Numbered from the stretch's first letter, positions 18,033 through 27,873 are shown. The stretch: DNA of 64,000 bases from Candidatus Micrarchaeota archaeon (GCA_040758235.1 JBFLVW010000059.1:81-64080), one strand, 5' to 3'. The notes: generated by a model not told the origin, from the sequence alone. Numbers and translations are program-made.

Positions 18033-19136
18033 TCAGCCGAACGTGAAGGTATAGAGCCTGAAGCCTTTCCCCGAAACGTCCATCTCGAGCGTCTTCTCGG
18101 AATAGCCTTCGTCCTCCACGATGCTGTAGAGCCGCTCTTCCGAAACCCCGGCTGTCGCTTTCCCACCCGCGATTTTCACATCGCCTCCCAGCGCGCCTTC
18201 CGGAACCGAGCCATCGAGCGTGATTGAGAGCGTGGAGTCCCCCTCCGCTACGATGTTGACGTTCCTGGCCCTGTATTTGAGGACTACCTTGCCCGTTTCG
18301 GAAGCAAGCTCAACGTATTCCGGCTCGCTCTTCCATGAGCCATCAAGGTAGACGACGTGGGGCTGGTAGGAGGCGGGGAGCGAGTAGTCCGCCGTTTCCC
18401 CGGGCTTCAGGCCCCCGGCGTTACCGATGTTCTGCCCCCGTGGCAGGGCGAATGAGTAGCCGAGGTATTTTTCCGGGGTGGTGGCCTGGGTGGGCGTTTC
18501 CTCGGTTATGTTTTCCGAGACAAGGCCGCCCATTTCGACCTTGGCGTCCCTCTCGGCGAGGAGCTTCTGTATCATCTCCTCGGTTTCCCCGTAAGCGCCT
18601 TCCCCGATGTGGTCGTAGCGTATGAAGCCGTCCGCGTCAATCAAATATTTGTGGGGCCAGAAGCGGTTGTTGTAGGCCCGCCAGGTCGAGAAGCCGTTGT
18701 CGAGCACCACCGGGTATTTTATCCCGTGCTTCTCAACGGCCGCCAACACGTTCGCGTATTCCTTCTCGAACTCGAACTCGGGGGTATGGACTCCGACGAT
18801 TACGAGGCCGTCGTCCCGGTATTTCTCGTCCCATGCGGTGAGATAGGGAAGCGTGCGGATGCAGTTGATGCACGAATAGGTCCAGAAGTCAACCAGCACT
18901 ACCTTGCCCCTAATGTCAGACAGCCTGAAGCCTTCCGGCGCGTTGATGTAGCCTTCTATCCCGGAGAGCTCGGGGGCCTTGGGGAACAGCCCCTGCTTGG
19001 TGGCGTTGTCCCCGTCGAGCTGTCCCACGAATTCGTTCTTCATCTGCGCTTTTGTGGATTCGACATAGGCTATCGCCAAAAAAATGATGAGAACTGCGGC
19101 TCCGAGCAGCAGGGGATTGTTCGGCTTAAGTTCCAT
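18033..19136 (-). CDS. DipZ-like redoxin (TlpA-type thioredoxin plus C-terminal beta domain)
   Basis: N-terminal anchor, DFWTYSCINCIRTLP, VGVHTPEFEFEK, TPEKYLGY, C-terminal LYTFTFG. Confidence 0.9.
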   Translation of the reverse strand: MELKPNNPLLLGAAVLIIFLAIAYVESTKAQMKNEFVGQLDGDNATKQGLFPKAPELSGIEGYINAPEGFRLSDIRGKVVLVDFWTYSCINCIRTLPYLTAWDEKYRDDGLVIVGVHTPEFEFEKEYANVLAAVEKHGIKYPVVLDNGFSTWRAYNNRFWPHKYLIDADGFIRYDHIGEGAYGETEEMIQKLLAERDAKVEMGGLVSENITEETPTQATTPEKYLGYSFALPRGQNIGNAGGLKPGETADYSLPASYQPHVVYLDGSWKSEPEYVELASETGKVVLKYRARNVNIVAEGDSTLSITLDGSVPEGALGGDVKIAGGKATAGVSEERLYSIVEDEGYSEKTLEMDVSGKGFRLYTFTFG

Positions 19137-19140
19137 AGCA

Positions 19141-19854
19141 TCACTTCGACAGCAGGAAATCGTTCAGGAATCCCAGGTTCGCAATCAGCGGAAGGGTCCC
19201 GGTGAATACCAGGATGCCGAGGATTACCAGTATTATGCCGAAAATGACGTTCAGCCATTTCAGGAGCGGGCCCATGCTTTTGATGAATTTCGAGGCGTTC
19301 GACACGAAGAGCCCAACCATCAGGAAAGGGATGCCCAGGCCGAGCGAGTAGGTGAGCATGAGCGGGAACGCGCTCCCGGGGTCGGTCACAGCGAGCGTGA
19401 GGATGCCGCCCAGGACCGCGCCCACGCATGGCGTCCAGCCGACCGCGAAGGCGGCCCCGAAGACGAACGATGCAAGGTATGACGTGCTGAGGCCCTTCAG
19501 CTGTATTTTGCGCTCGGCTTCGAGGGCGGGGATGCGTACGAGGCCGATGAGCATCAGCCCGAAGAATATGATTATTATGCCGCCTATGTACCCCAAAAAG
19601 GCCTGCAGGTCGTAGGCTATCCCGGAAAGCACGCTCTGGAGAAGGACTCCAAGAACGGAGAACACCACCGAGAATCCTAAAACGAAAAAGACGCTGCTCA
19701 GGAATATCCTCGCCCGCGTTCCGGCGTCGTATTTCTCCTTGAGGGTGGTGCCGGCGAGGAAAGTTAGGTATGCCGGGATGAGGGGCAGGACGCACGGGCT
19801 GAGGAACGACACGACGCCCGCGACGAATGCCAGGATAAGCGTTATTTCTGCCAT
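19141..19854 (-). CDS. ccdA: CcdA/DsbD-beta transmembrane disulfide reductase
   Basis: SFLSPCVLPLIP and GWTPCVG motifs, six TM helices. Confidence 0.92.
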   Translation of the reverse strand: MAEITLILAFVAGVVSFLSPCVLPLIPAYLTFLAGTTLKEKYDAGTRARIFLSSVFFVLGFSVVFSVLGVLLQSVLSGIAYDLQAFLGYIGGIIIIFFGLMLIGLVRIPALEAERKIQLKGLSTSYLASFVFGAAFAVGWTPCVGAVLGGILTLAVTDPGSAFPLMLTYSLGLGIPFLMVGLFVSNASKFIKSMGPLLKWLNVIFGIILVILGILVFTGTLPLIANLGFLNDFLLSK

Positions 19855-20493
19855 TCAGCCGGCCACCTTTTCGACTTCGCTGAGTATGTCCTCCTTGCTC
19901 CATTCTTCCTGCGACCGCTTCGCGACGTTTCCGTTTTCGTCGAGAATTATGTGGGTGTGCTGGTAGGTTATCCCGAACTGCCTGGCGAGCTCCACTTCGT
20001 CCGCGTCGGTGTCGGAATCCTTGTAGTTCACCCGGAATGCGGCGACATCAGGATTTTTCAGTTCTGAGAATGCCGCCTCGAGCGCAGGCGCCTGGGCCGC
20101 GCAGATGGGGCACCAGTTCGCATAGAATTCAAGGAAGACGACCTTGCCCTCGGAGCGGGCCTTGTCGTATGCGGCCTTGGTGAAGGAGACGTAGCCGGAC
20201 GGGGATTCCATCATCCCCCCGTCCATCGCGTCATCGGGCTTCGCCATTGAATCATCCTCCATGGCATCTCCGGGCTTTTCCATCGAATCGTTACTCATCG
20301 CGTCACCGGGCTTCTCCATCGAATCGGGCTTTTCCATTGAGTTCCCGCCAGCCATCGAGTCGTTCTTCTCCCCGGCCATGGAATCGTTTTTCACCATCGC
20401 GGAGTCATTCTTTTCCATCATCGCGTCCCCGGTCTGAGCTGCGCATCCGAAAAGCAGGATGGATGCCGCAAGCAAAAATGCAAGGTATTTCAT
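19855..20493 (-). CDS. Thioredoxin-domain lipoprotein with Met-rich MxKxD repeat region
   Basis: Lipobox LLFGC, repeats such as MEKND, MVKND, MEKPD, MEKPG and MAKPD, active site WCPIC. Confidence 0.88.
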   Translation of the reverse strand: MKYLAFLLAASILLFGCAAQTGDAMMEKNDSAMVKNDSMAGEKNDSMAGGNSMEKPDSMEKPGDAMSNDSMEKPGDAMEDDSMAKPDDAMDGGMMESPSGYVSFTKAAYDKARSEGKVVFLEFYANWCPICAAQAPALEAAFSELKNPDVAAFRVNYKDSDTDADEVELARQFGITYQHTHIILDENGNVAKRSQEEWSKEDILSEVEKVAG

Positions 20494-20524
20494 GTTCGCA
20501 CCGGAGAAGGCGGGTTTTCTCACC

Positions 20525-20566
20525 TATAAAAACCTATTCCCAATTTCTTCCCATATCTTTTCCCCA
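20525..20566 (-). promoter_or_regulatory. TATA box preceded by three TGGGAA-like direct repeats (candidate regulator sites)
   Basis: Plus strand TTCCCA at 20537 and 20548 and TTCCCCA at 20560, about one helical turn apart. TTTTTATA on the minus strand at 20525-20532. Another TTCCCA at 20903. Confidence 0.5.
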
Positions 20567-20576
20567 GCCCACCGCT

Positions 20577-20867
20577 TCATCCCCCCGGCTTCCATGTAAT
20601 ATATGCGAGGCAGGCTAGGCCGAGCGTCTCGAGGAGGGTCAGTATGAGCGCGAAGCTCGCGACCTCGTCCGTGTAATACATAATCATCATGAACTGGAAG
20701 TAGATTGCCGCTAGGTTCTGGAGGAGCATGAGGCCGGCGAAGAAAATCAGCCCGAGGCCGATCTTCGAGCGCACCTTCATGTAGTTGGAAACGTAGACGT
20801 ACGCGAGCGAGAGCAGCAGGAGCACGTTGACGAAGCTCAGTATGGTGGCAAAATCAAGCATCGCCAT
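20577..20867 (-). CDS. Small three-TM membrane protein
   Basis: Three hydrophobic helices, downstream of the ArsR-like gene. Confidence 0.75.
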   Translation of the reverse strand: MAMLDFATILSFVNVLLLLSLAYVYVSNYMKVRSKIGLGLIFFAGLMLLQNLAAIYFQFMMIMYYTDEVASFALILTLLETLGLACLAYITWKPGG

Positions 20868-20962
20868 GTATATCAACCCCGCAAATCCTCTTTATTAGCA
20901 TTTTCCCAAATTGCCGGATAGCCTCGCCTTGCCCATGATGGGGGCCCGGGTCCGCTTCGACC

Positions 20963-21250
20963 TCATTTCAGCCCCTCCAATACCTTCCCGAAAGCCTTCA
21001 GGCTTTCCCGGGCGTAATCGGTGATGTGGTAGAGCTCCCCGTACCGCTTCTCGGATGATACCCTCACGAGTCCGTTTTCCAGCAGAACCCCCAGGTGGTG
21101 CCGGACGGTCTTGTAGTCGAGCTTCATGAGCGAGGCGAGCTGGTTCGCGTTGTAGGGGCGCGAATCTAGGAGGGCGAGCATCTGCAGGCGCACCGGCCCG
21201 CCGCGCGTGCCCATGACGAGATACCACAGAATATTGTCCGGCTCGCGCAT
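20963..21250 (-). CDS. ArsR-family winged-helix transcription regulator (archaeal type)
   Basis: LWYLVMGTRGGPVR...PYNANQLA...DYKTVRHHLGVLLENGLV...YGELY. Confidence 0.88.
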   Translation of the reverse strand: MREPDNILWYLVMGTRGGPVRLQMLALLDSRPYNANQLASLMKLDYKTVRHHLGVLLENGLVRVSSEKRYGELYHITDYARESLKAFGKVLEGLK

Positions 21251-21262
21251 CGGAAGCTTCTT

Positions 21263-21928
21263 TCAGAAAAACTTATTAAGAACAGGGCCGCGCAGGAGCT
21301 TTTTGCCGATGGCGACGAATGTCGTGGTGCCCCGCACGAGCAGCGTGGCTTTTTTGGTTTTGTGTCTTGGGTTTGCTTTGAGCGCCTTCATCAGTTTTCT
21401 GGGGTTGTCCAGGTCGAAATCAGGGACTTCTACGTAATTGTGCCCGAACTCCATCAGGAAGTGCGAGTCGCTCCCCACCGCTTCCGCGAGTGAGTGCTTT
21501 TTCGCGAATTCCCCGGCTTTTTTGTTGAAGGAGTCGAGGGGGCATCGGGCATTGAAGACTTCGACTATGTCCAGTTTTTGGGCCTCGGCTTCGGTCGGAA
21601 CCACTCCCTTGCGGGATTTGTCATACATGTGCGGCAGGTATGCGAGGCCGCCCTGCTCATGGATCCTGTCGATGGCTTCCGCGAAGGGCGTCTTTCTGGG
21701 GATGTTTTCGGAGAGGAACAGGCCGATGAGGTCGCCCCGGTCGGTGCGGATTTCCTCCCCGGAAATGAAGTCCGCCTTCAGCGAGCGCATGGCTGCGTGC
21801 GAGTCGATGTTGTTGTGCTCTGTGATTGCGGGGATGATGCCGAGCGCAGCCGATTTTGCCGCAAGGGCCTTCGGCTCGATAATCGAGTCTATCGAGTATT
21901 TGGTGTGGACATGGAGGTCGATTTTCAT
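21263..21928 (-). CDS. PHP-domain metal-dependent phosphoesterase
   Basis: DLHVHTKYSID, AITEHN, GEEI, PH and GSDSH motifs. Confidence 0.9.
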   Translation of the reverse strand: MKIDLHVHTKYSIDSIIEPKALAAKSAALGIIPAITEHNNIDSHAAMRSLKADFISGEEIRTDRGDLIGLFLSENIPRKTPFAEAIDRIHEQGGLAYLPHMYDKSRKGVVPTEAEAQKLDIVEVFNARCPLDSFNKKAGEFAKKHSLAEAVGSDSHFLMEFGHNYVEVPDFDLDNPRKLMKALKANPRHKTKKATLLVRGTTTFVAIGKKLLRGPVLNKFF

Positions 21929-22212
21929 ACGAGCGCACCGCCCTTCTCGAGCGCGGTAACGAGCTTTTCCGCAAGCCCGCCCACTTTCTTCGTTTCGGAC
22001 TTCCTCGCTCCCTTCACCATCATCCTGCCGCTTCCGTAAACGCTGATGCTGTATTTTCCCACCTTTACCAGCAGGACGACTGGGCTGCTGCCCATGATTT
22101 CGCCGATGGCCGAAAGCGCGCGCTCCGCCTTCGCGAGGTCGAGCTTCCTGTCCCTGAGCTTTATCTCGATTCCCCGCGCGGTCGCGCAGGGCTCGACCAC
22201 GTAGAAATTCAT
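21925..22212 (-). CDS. Small hypothetical protein resembling the C-terminal domain of long MoeB/ThiF proteins
   Basis: ATGA overlaps at both ends, with ISVYGSGRMMVKG motif. Confidence 0.6.
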   Translation of the reverse strand: MNFYVVEPCATARGIEIKLRDRKLDLAKAERALSAIGEIMGSSPVVLLVKVGKYSISVYGSGRMMVKGARKSETKKVGGLAEKLVTALEKGGALV

Positions 22213-22886
22213 CCCAGCCTCGACCTCCAGAACGTTTCCTTCCGGAAAAGGTCGAAGAAGACGGCCTCCGGCGCTTTGGCGTAGGGCTTTTTTATCAGGT
22301 AATTCACGGCCTGCGATGCGGCGAGCGTCCCTGCGAGGGAGGCGGCCGGGCATATTATCGAAGAGCAGGCGCCATATCGCGCGAGCGCCTCAGGGTCCCG
22401 GGGGAGCTGGAAGGCCTTCTCGAACTTGTAGGTGGTGAATACCGTGACTATTCCGCGGGAGCCCTCGGCCGAGGAGAAGACGAACGGGATATTTTCGTTT
22501 CGTGCGGCCTTTGCTATCGCGAGCTTCGATTGTATGTTGTCCGTTCCGTCCAGCGCAAGCGAGACGCCCGCGAGCGGGGAGGTCTCTTCGAATCTATCGA
22601 ACGCGCTGATTTTGATGTTCTTGTTTATCGCCTTGGCCCGCGCCACGGCGGCATGGACCTTGGGCTGGTCCAAAAACTCGTCCGTCGCAAGGGCCTGCCG
22701 GTTGAAGTTGGACAGCTCGAACCGGTCGTGGTCGAAGACGATGAAGTTTTCCGCGCCCATCCTGAGGAGGTTCTCCAGTATGAAGCCGCCTGTGCCTCCG
22801 AGGCCGACTATGGCGAAGACCGCCTGCCGCACCTTGCGCTGCTGCGCCTCCGTAAGCGGGTTCCGGCCGAATTTCTCCCCGTACAC
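22209..22886 (-). CDS. ThiF/MoeB (E1-like) adenylyltransferase
   Basis: VGLGGTG, DHDRFELSNFNRQ, DGTDN. Confidence 0.9.
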   Translation of the reverse strand: MYGEKFGRNPLTEAQQRKVRQAVFAIVGLGGTGGFILENLLRMGAENFIVFDHDRFELSNFNRQALATDEFLDQPKVHAAVARAKAINKNIKISAFDRFEETSPLAGVSLALDGTDNIQSKLAIAKAARNENIPFVFSSAEGSRGIVTVFTTYKFEKAFQLPRDPEALARYGACSSIICPAASLAGTLAASQAVNYLIKKPYAKAPEAVFFDLFRKETFWRSRLG

Positions 22887-23314
22887 TATAATCTACCGAA
22901 CCCCTGGTTTTTGTCGGCGTCCGCCCTGCCGCGCATCTTCTCCTTTATCCTCTTCACCTCCTCGCTCTTCACGCTCCCGGTCTGGAGTGCGGTGAGGTTG
23001 CGGAGCACTTCCAGCCTGCGCTGGACGTGCGGGTCGATGGTCCTCTCCCGGAACAGGCCGAAATGGGTGACGTGATAGAAAAAGACGGAAACGCCTGAAA
23101 AGAGCACGAAAACCGTGAAAAGCTTCCCTTCATTGGTCTTCGGCGCAATATCCCCGTAGCCCACGGTCGTTATCGTTGTCGATGTGAAGTAGATCGCATC
23201 GATGATGCCCAGCCCCTCGAAATGCATGTAGAAAGGCACGGCAATCAGATAGATGACTGCGATTAGGGCAATTCCGATGCCAAGCCTTTTGGTGTTCGCA
23301 TCCTGTTCCGGCAT
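22886..23314 (-). CDS. Two-TM potassium channel (KcsA-like)
   Basis: Selectivity filter TTVGYGD flanked by two TM helices. Confidence 0.93.
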   Translation of the reverse strand: MPEQDANTKRLGIGIALIAVIYLIAVPFYMHFEGLGIIDAIYFTSTTITTVGYGDIAPKTNEGKLFTVFVLFSGVSVFFYHVTHFGLFRERTIDPHVQRRLEVLRNLTALQTGSVKSEEVKRIKEKMRGRADADKNQGFGRL

Positions 23315-23357
23315 ACAATAGCAAGATTCCCATCACCAAAATAAAAACATAGCGAAG

Positions 23358-25205
23358 TCAGCGGAGGAACACTACTTTCCTCTTCCCTCTGTTCTTTTCC
23401 TCCTTTTTCTTCTGCTCCGCCTTCTCCGGCTCCTCCTTTTTCGGCCCTTCCCCTACTATTATCAGGTCGTCCTCGGCCGCGACGATTTTCTGGCCCATGA
23501 TGCCGGCCGGGCGCTTCCCTGTAAGGATGAACCAGAGCGTAGATGCCCGGACCGCGCTCCAGAGGAAGAATACGCACATTATTCCGAAAAGAGGGGATAT
23601 CCAGTTGAAAATGCGGGGCAGCTCCAGGAGTTCCACGACGAGGTAGGTGTTCGCGAAGAGCAAGAAGAGGAGCGCCGCGATAGCGAGGTTCCGCGCTATC
23701 GCTCCTTTCGAGGCCTGGGGCGTCGTCCGCGAGAATATCGTCGAGAGCGCATCGAAGAGCTTTTTCAGGGACTCGAGGAGCTTCGCGAGCGGGACGAGTG
23801 AAATAAGGGCAAGCAGGACTAGAAGGCCCATATCCGCGCTGAAAGTGCTGCCCGAAAACTCGACATGGAAGCCCAGGAAGGGCCTCGCCGCGAGGTAGAA
23901 GATGGACGCCCCCAGGAGGTAGAGAATGTCAGCCGTGAGGCGCTTCAATTCCGACACGAAAAGGTTGTGGAAATAGCCGCCGGGCTCGAAAGTGCTGAGA
24001 ACGCTCATGAAGTATCCGGAGGCGTCCCTGAGGGTGTCGAGGAACTTGGGGGGCAGCGTCTTCTTGATGCGCAGATAGGCATGCTCGGTCCTCCCAAGCG
24101 CGATGGAGCCTGCGATTGACGTCACAAGGACGCCGGCCGAGGCTATTCCGACGATATCGGTCTGTATCACCCCTACTGATTCCTTGGCTATGAGCAGGGA
24201 GAACTCACCGAGAGGGAGCATCGCAATTCCCGCGAAGACGGAGGAGCGCCCGCTCGAGCTTATCAGGAAAAACGAGAAGGTCGTAGCGAGGAATACTATA
24301 ACCATGAACCCTCCTATGAGCACCGCGGCCAGCTCGGCGTGCGCGAGCAGGGCGACCGGATTTATCAGCATTCCAACAGAGAGGAAGAAAAATGATGAAA
24401 ACACGTGGCTGAAGGGACGTATCGCATGCTCGAAGTCGCGGCCGTTCGGGAGCCCGGCGATTATGCTCCCGGCCATGAACGCGCCGATTGCGGGCGTCAG
24501 GCCGAGCAGGGATGCGGCGATGCTCATTCCAATTCCCAAGGTGAACGAGAAAAGGATGAGGGTGTCCTCGGCCTGGTAGCGCAGGAATATGATTGCGAAC
24601 CTGTTCAGCAGCTTCTGGAGAATGATGTAGCCGAACGAGAGTATCGCGAGCGAGACGACGACCGCCCCGAACACGGATTCGGCGGTGTAGGCGCCGGTCT
24701 TGAGGCTGGAGAAGAATGTCAGCATGAAAACCGCGATGATGTCCTCAATGATGAGAATCGTTATGAGGATGGGGACCTCCTGCCGACCGACAAGGCCCTT
24801 CTGCTCGAGCAGCTTCATCATTATCGCGGTGCTGCTCATGGAGAACATCGCCCCGACGAAAAGGGAGGTGAGCGGGTCGAGGCCGAGCAGTATCGCCAGC
24901 TCGTGCATGAACGTGAACGTGGAGAGAATGAGGAGAAGACTGCTCATGACCGCCCTGAGCCCGGTAGAGAGCAGCTTCGCAACCGAAAATTCCACCCCTA
25001 TCATGAAAAGGAGGAGGACCGCGCCAATCTCCGCAAAAGTCTCTATCGTCGGAAGACTCACAAGATGAAGGACGTTCGGGCCCATAATCATGCCGGCAAT
25101 CAGCAGGCCGGCAACAGGCGGCAGCCTGAGCCGGACTGAAAGCATGCCAGCAATGGCCGCAAAAAGCAGAACCCATCCGAAATCCAGAATCGCCGAGCCT
25201 TCCAT
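23358..25205 (-). CDS. Cation:proton antiporter (CPA2/KefB-like) with extra C-terminal TM helices
   Basis: LLFMIGVEFS, SSTAI, IEDI, GAFMAG, FFLSVG and GEFSLLIA motifs. Confidence 0.9.
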   Translation of the reverse strand: MEGSAILDFGWVLLFAAIAGMLSVRLRLPPVAGLLIAGMIMGPNVLHLVSLPTIETFAEIGAVLLLFMIGVEFSVAKLLSTGLRAVMSSLLLILSTFTFMHELAILLGLDPLTSLFVGAMFSMSSTAIMMKLLEQKGLVGRQEVPILITILIIEDIIAVFMLTFFSSLKTGAYTAESVFGAVVVSLAILSFGYIILQKLLNRFAIIFLRYQAEDTLILFSFTLGIGMSIAASLLGLTPAIGAFMAGSIIAGLPNGRDFEHAIRPFSHVFSSFFFLSVGMLINPVALLAHAELAAVLIGGFMVIVFLATTFSFFLISSSGRSSVFAGIAMLPLGEFSLLIAKESVGVIQTDIVGIASAGVLVTSIAGSIALGRTEHAYLRIKKTLPPKFLDTLRDASGYFMSVLSTFEPGGYFHNLFVSELKRLTADILYLLGASIFYLAARPFLGFHVEFSGSTFSADMGLLVLLALISLVPLAKLLESLKKLFDALSTIFSRTTPQASKGAIARNLAIAALLFLLFANTYLVVELLELPRIFNWISPLFGIMCVFFLWSAVRASTLWFILTGKRPAGIMGQKIVAAEDDLIIVGEGPKKEEPEKAEQKKKEEKNRGKRKVVFLR

Positions 25206-25276
25206 GGAGAGCCCTAGAAGTGTCTAAGGGAAAAACGACGGGGAAGCTATTAAAGATTTGTATAGAAAGCCTGTGC

Positions 25277-26521
25277 ATGGAGTTCGTCGAGTGCCTGGGC
25301 GCGTCGAGGGAGGTGGGCCGGAGCGCGTTCCTGCTCGGCACCGACAAGAGGATAATCCTCGACTACGGCATCAAGATTTTCGATGAGAGCGGCAAGCCCA
25401 AGTTCCCGCTGGAAACACAAATCGAGCCGGACCTCGCGGTCCTCTCGCATGCGCACCTCGACCACAGCGGGTGCCTGCCCGCGCTTTATACCGAGCACAA
25501 AATCAGGTGGTACGCCACTCCTCCCACCAAGGACATCTGCGAAATCCTCTGGGAGGACAGCATGAAAATCATGGGCGAGGGGCTCCCCTACCGCCTGCCG
25601 CACCTCAAGAAGGCCCTTAAGCACTGGGACCCGCTCCTTTACAGGAAGCCCATCACGACCGGCGAGACGACGATAGGCCTCCATGACGCCGGGCACATAA
25701 GCGGCTCGGCGATGATAGAAATCGAGCATGGGGGGAAAGTCTTCTTCTACACCGGGGACTTCAAGTGCGAGGACACTTTCATGCACCGGGGCGCGAAGCC
25801 CGTGGACGGCGTGGACTACCTGATGATAGAGAGCACGTACGCGAAAAAGGAGCACCCCCCGCGCCACGAGACCGAGAAAATGCTGATGGAGCACATATAC
25901 GATACGATAGAGAACGGCGGGAACGTCATCCTCCCCTCCTTCGCCCTCGGGAGGACCCAGGAGCTGATGGCCCTCATCAGGCACTACGACGAGGAAGTGC
26001 CCGTCTTCGTGGACGGGATGGGACGGGACATAACGAAGGTGTATCTGCGGTATCCGCAGTATATCAAGGACGCGGATGCTTTCCGGAAGGCCGTCCGGAG
26101 CGTGAAGATGGTCGAGTCCATCGCGGACAAGAGGGCGGCGACGAGGGAGCCTTCGGTGATAATCTCCAGCGCCGGCATGATGAACGGCGGGCCCGTCCTG
26201 AACTACCTGTTCAACGCGAACTCGGAATCGAAATTGATATTCACCGGATACTGCGTCGAGGGCACGAACGGATGGCTGCTCCAGAACAAGGGGAGCATAA
26301 TGAAGGAGGGGCAGGAGCTGAGCATTGACCTGCCGGTCGAGTACCTCGATTTCAGCGCGCATGCCGGCAGGACGGACATCCTGAATTTCATAAAGAAGGC
26401 GAATCCGGAAAAAGTCCTGCTCGTCCATGGGGACAAGCCGGAGGAGTTCGCAATAGAACTGAAAGAGGACCACGGATTCGACGCCCTCGCCCCGCTTCCG
26501 GGCGAGCGGGTGATGCTTTGA
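25277..26521 (+). CDS. Beta-CASP metallo-beta-lactamase ribonuclease (aCPSF2-like)
   Basis: GASREVGRS, SHAHLDHSG, AGHISGS, YTGD, ESTY, FSAHA, LVHGD. Confidence 0.92.
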   Translation: MEFVECLGASREVGRSAFLLGTDKRIILDYGIKIFDESGKPKFPLETQIEPDLAVLSHAHLDHSGCLPALYTEHKIRWYATPPTKDICEILWEDSMKIMGEGLPYRLPHLKKALKHWDPLLYRKPITTGETTIGLHDAGHISGSAMIEIEHGGKVFFYTGDFKCEDTFMHRGAKPVDGVDYLMIESTYAKKEHPPRHETEKMLMEHIYDTIENGGNVILPSFALGRTQELMALIRHYDEEVPVFVDGMGRDITKVYLRYPQYIKDADAFRKAVRSVKMVESIADKRAATREPSVIISSAGMMNGGPVLNYLFNANSESKLIFTGYCVEGTNGWLLQNKGSIMKEGQELSIDLPVEYLDFSAHAGRTDILNFIKKANPEKVLLVHGDKPEEFAIELKEDHGFDALAPLPGERVML

Positions 26522-26530
26522 GGTGGGCCT

Positions 26531-27049
26531 ATGGGGTACCTCGAAAAAATGAGGAAGACGATATGGGGCATCAATGAAAAGGAGTTCGAAAGCCTGCTCG
26601 GGGAGGGGTTTGCGTTCTCCCTCACGTACTTCGCCATGCTTCTTGCAATCGGTAGCGCTGCGAGTTTCGCGGTCGCATTCGCCTCGAGCGGGAGTGTCGT
26701 CGTCTCGCTGCTCGCGATGGCGCTCGGCACGTTCACCTACGCCTTCGGCATAGGGCTCGTGCTCCCGCTGGTGTCGCATTTCATGATAGGTCTTTTCGGG
26801 GGAAAGAGGCCGGTAACGGACACCTTCCAGATGTACTTCTACGCCTCGACGCCATCTCTTCTCCTGGGATGGGTGCCTTGCGTGGGGGGCCTCACGCCGT
26901 TCGTATCCTTCGGCAACGCGTTCCGGGGCCTGCGTGAAATCAATAGGCTTGGATTCTGGCAGGCGGCCGCGGCGGTGCTGCTGCCGGCCCTCGTGTACTG
27001 GGGATTGTGGGTTGCCTTGATATTCGGCTTGATGAGCTTTGCGTGCTGA
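26531..27049 (+). CDS. Yip1-like membrane protein
   Basis: About five TM helices with the pattern H..IGLFGGK...T....FYASTP typical of Yip1 domains. Confidence 0.7.
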   Translation: MGYLEKMRKTIWGINEKEFESLLGEGFAFSLTYFAMLLAIGSAASFAVAFASSGSVVVSLLAMALGTFTYAFGIGLVLPLVSHFMIGLFGGKRPVTDTFQMYFYASTPSLLLGWVPCVGGLTPFVSFGNAFRGLREINRLGFWQAAAAVLLPALVYWGLWVALIFGLMSFAC

Positions 27050-27069
27050 ACGCTAGTCCAAGCGCCGGC

Positions 27070-27873
27070 TCAGGGGCAGTTCAGCGACGCCATGTTGACG
27101 CTGGCGCCTGTTCCCACCGTTATCTGGGTTACCCATATGTCCACGATCTCGGTCCCGAACGAAGCCGTCTTTATCGACCCCGGGCCGAGATGCTGCACCC
27201 ACAGGAGCTCATCAGTGCCCGAATCCCGGAGTTCGAACCTTGCCGGGTCCGTTGCGTCCGTCAGCCTCACGGAATAATGGTCCATGACCTCCTCCGCCCC
27301 TTCCGCCATGTCCCCCACGAAGTTGCCATCGGCATTGCATTGCAGGGCGCAGGCCGGCGAGTCCGCGACTTGCACGTCTGCGGCCCCGGATGCATGGACC
27401 ACGCGGGGCCAGGCGAATATCTGGGTAGTGTCGGGATGTTGTACTGCCAACCCGTTGCCCTCTTCCAACAGCTCGTCCGCGAGCGGGACGCAGTCGTCAC
27501 TCCTGACCGAGAGCCTGGCAAGCGGCACGCCGCCATCCGGGAAGATTACATCGTCCAAGGAAACCTCTCCTTTGTTGAACCGCATGCTGTCTCCGGGCTG
27601 CATCATCTTCGATACGAGCGGCATGCAGGACAGCGCGGTTCCAAGGTCGAAGCACTGCTCCCCCGCAGTGGTGTCGGCTGTTGATGCGGTCTCCGTCCTT
27701 CCGGTGGTCCCGCCCGAGGCCCCGCCCGTCCCGGTTCCCTCCCCCGGCGGCTCGACGATGGGGCCGCAGCCCGTCAGAAGCCCTGCCAGGAGCGTTTCCT
27801 TCGTGAAAGCACGCTGCGGGCGCGGCCGGTCGTTCCTGTCCCTTTTTCCAGAAGTTCCGAGGGCGACGTTCAT
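27070..27873 (-). CDS. Putative lipoprotein/exported protein with Gly/Thr linker and internal two-domain repeat
   Basis: Basic N-terminus, LLAGLLTGC lipobox-like motif, GTGTGGASGGTTG linker, Cys pairs. Confidence 0.6.
   Translation of the reverse strand: MNVALGTSGKRDRNDRPRPQRAFTKETLLAGLLTGCGPIVEPPGEGTGTGGASGGTTGRTETASTADTTAGEQCFDLGTALSCMPLVSKMMQPGDSMRFNKGEVSLDDVIFPDGGVPLARLSVRSDDCVPLADELLEEGNGLAVQHPDTTQIFAWPRVVHASGAADVQVADSPACALQCNADGNFVGDMAEGAEEVMDHYSVRLTDATDPARFELRDSGTDELLWVQHLGPGSIKTASFGTEIVDIWVTQITVGTGASVNMASLNCP

Noticed and set aside
20220..20420. Tandem DNA repeats as a possible CRISPR array
   Set aside because: The repeats are codon-phased and encode the Met-rich peptide. There are no unique spacers and no cas genes.
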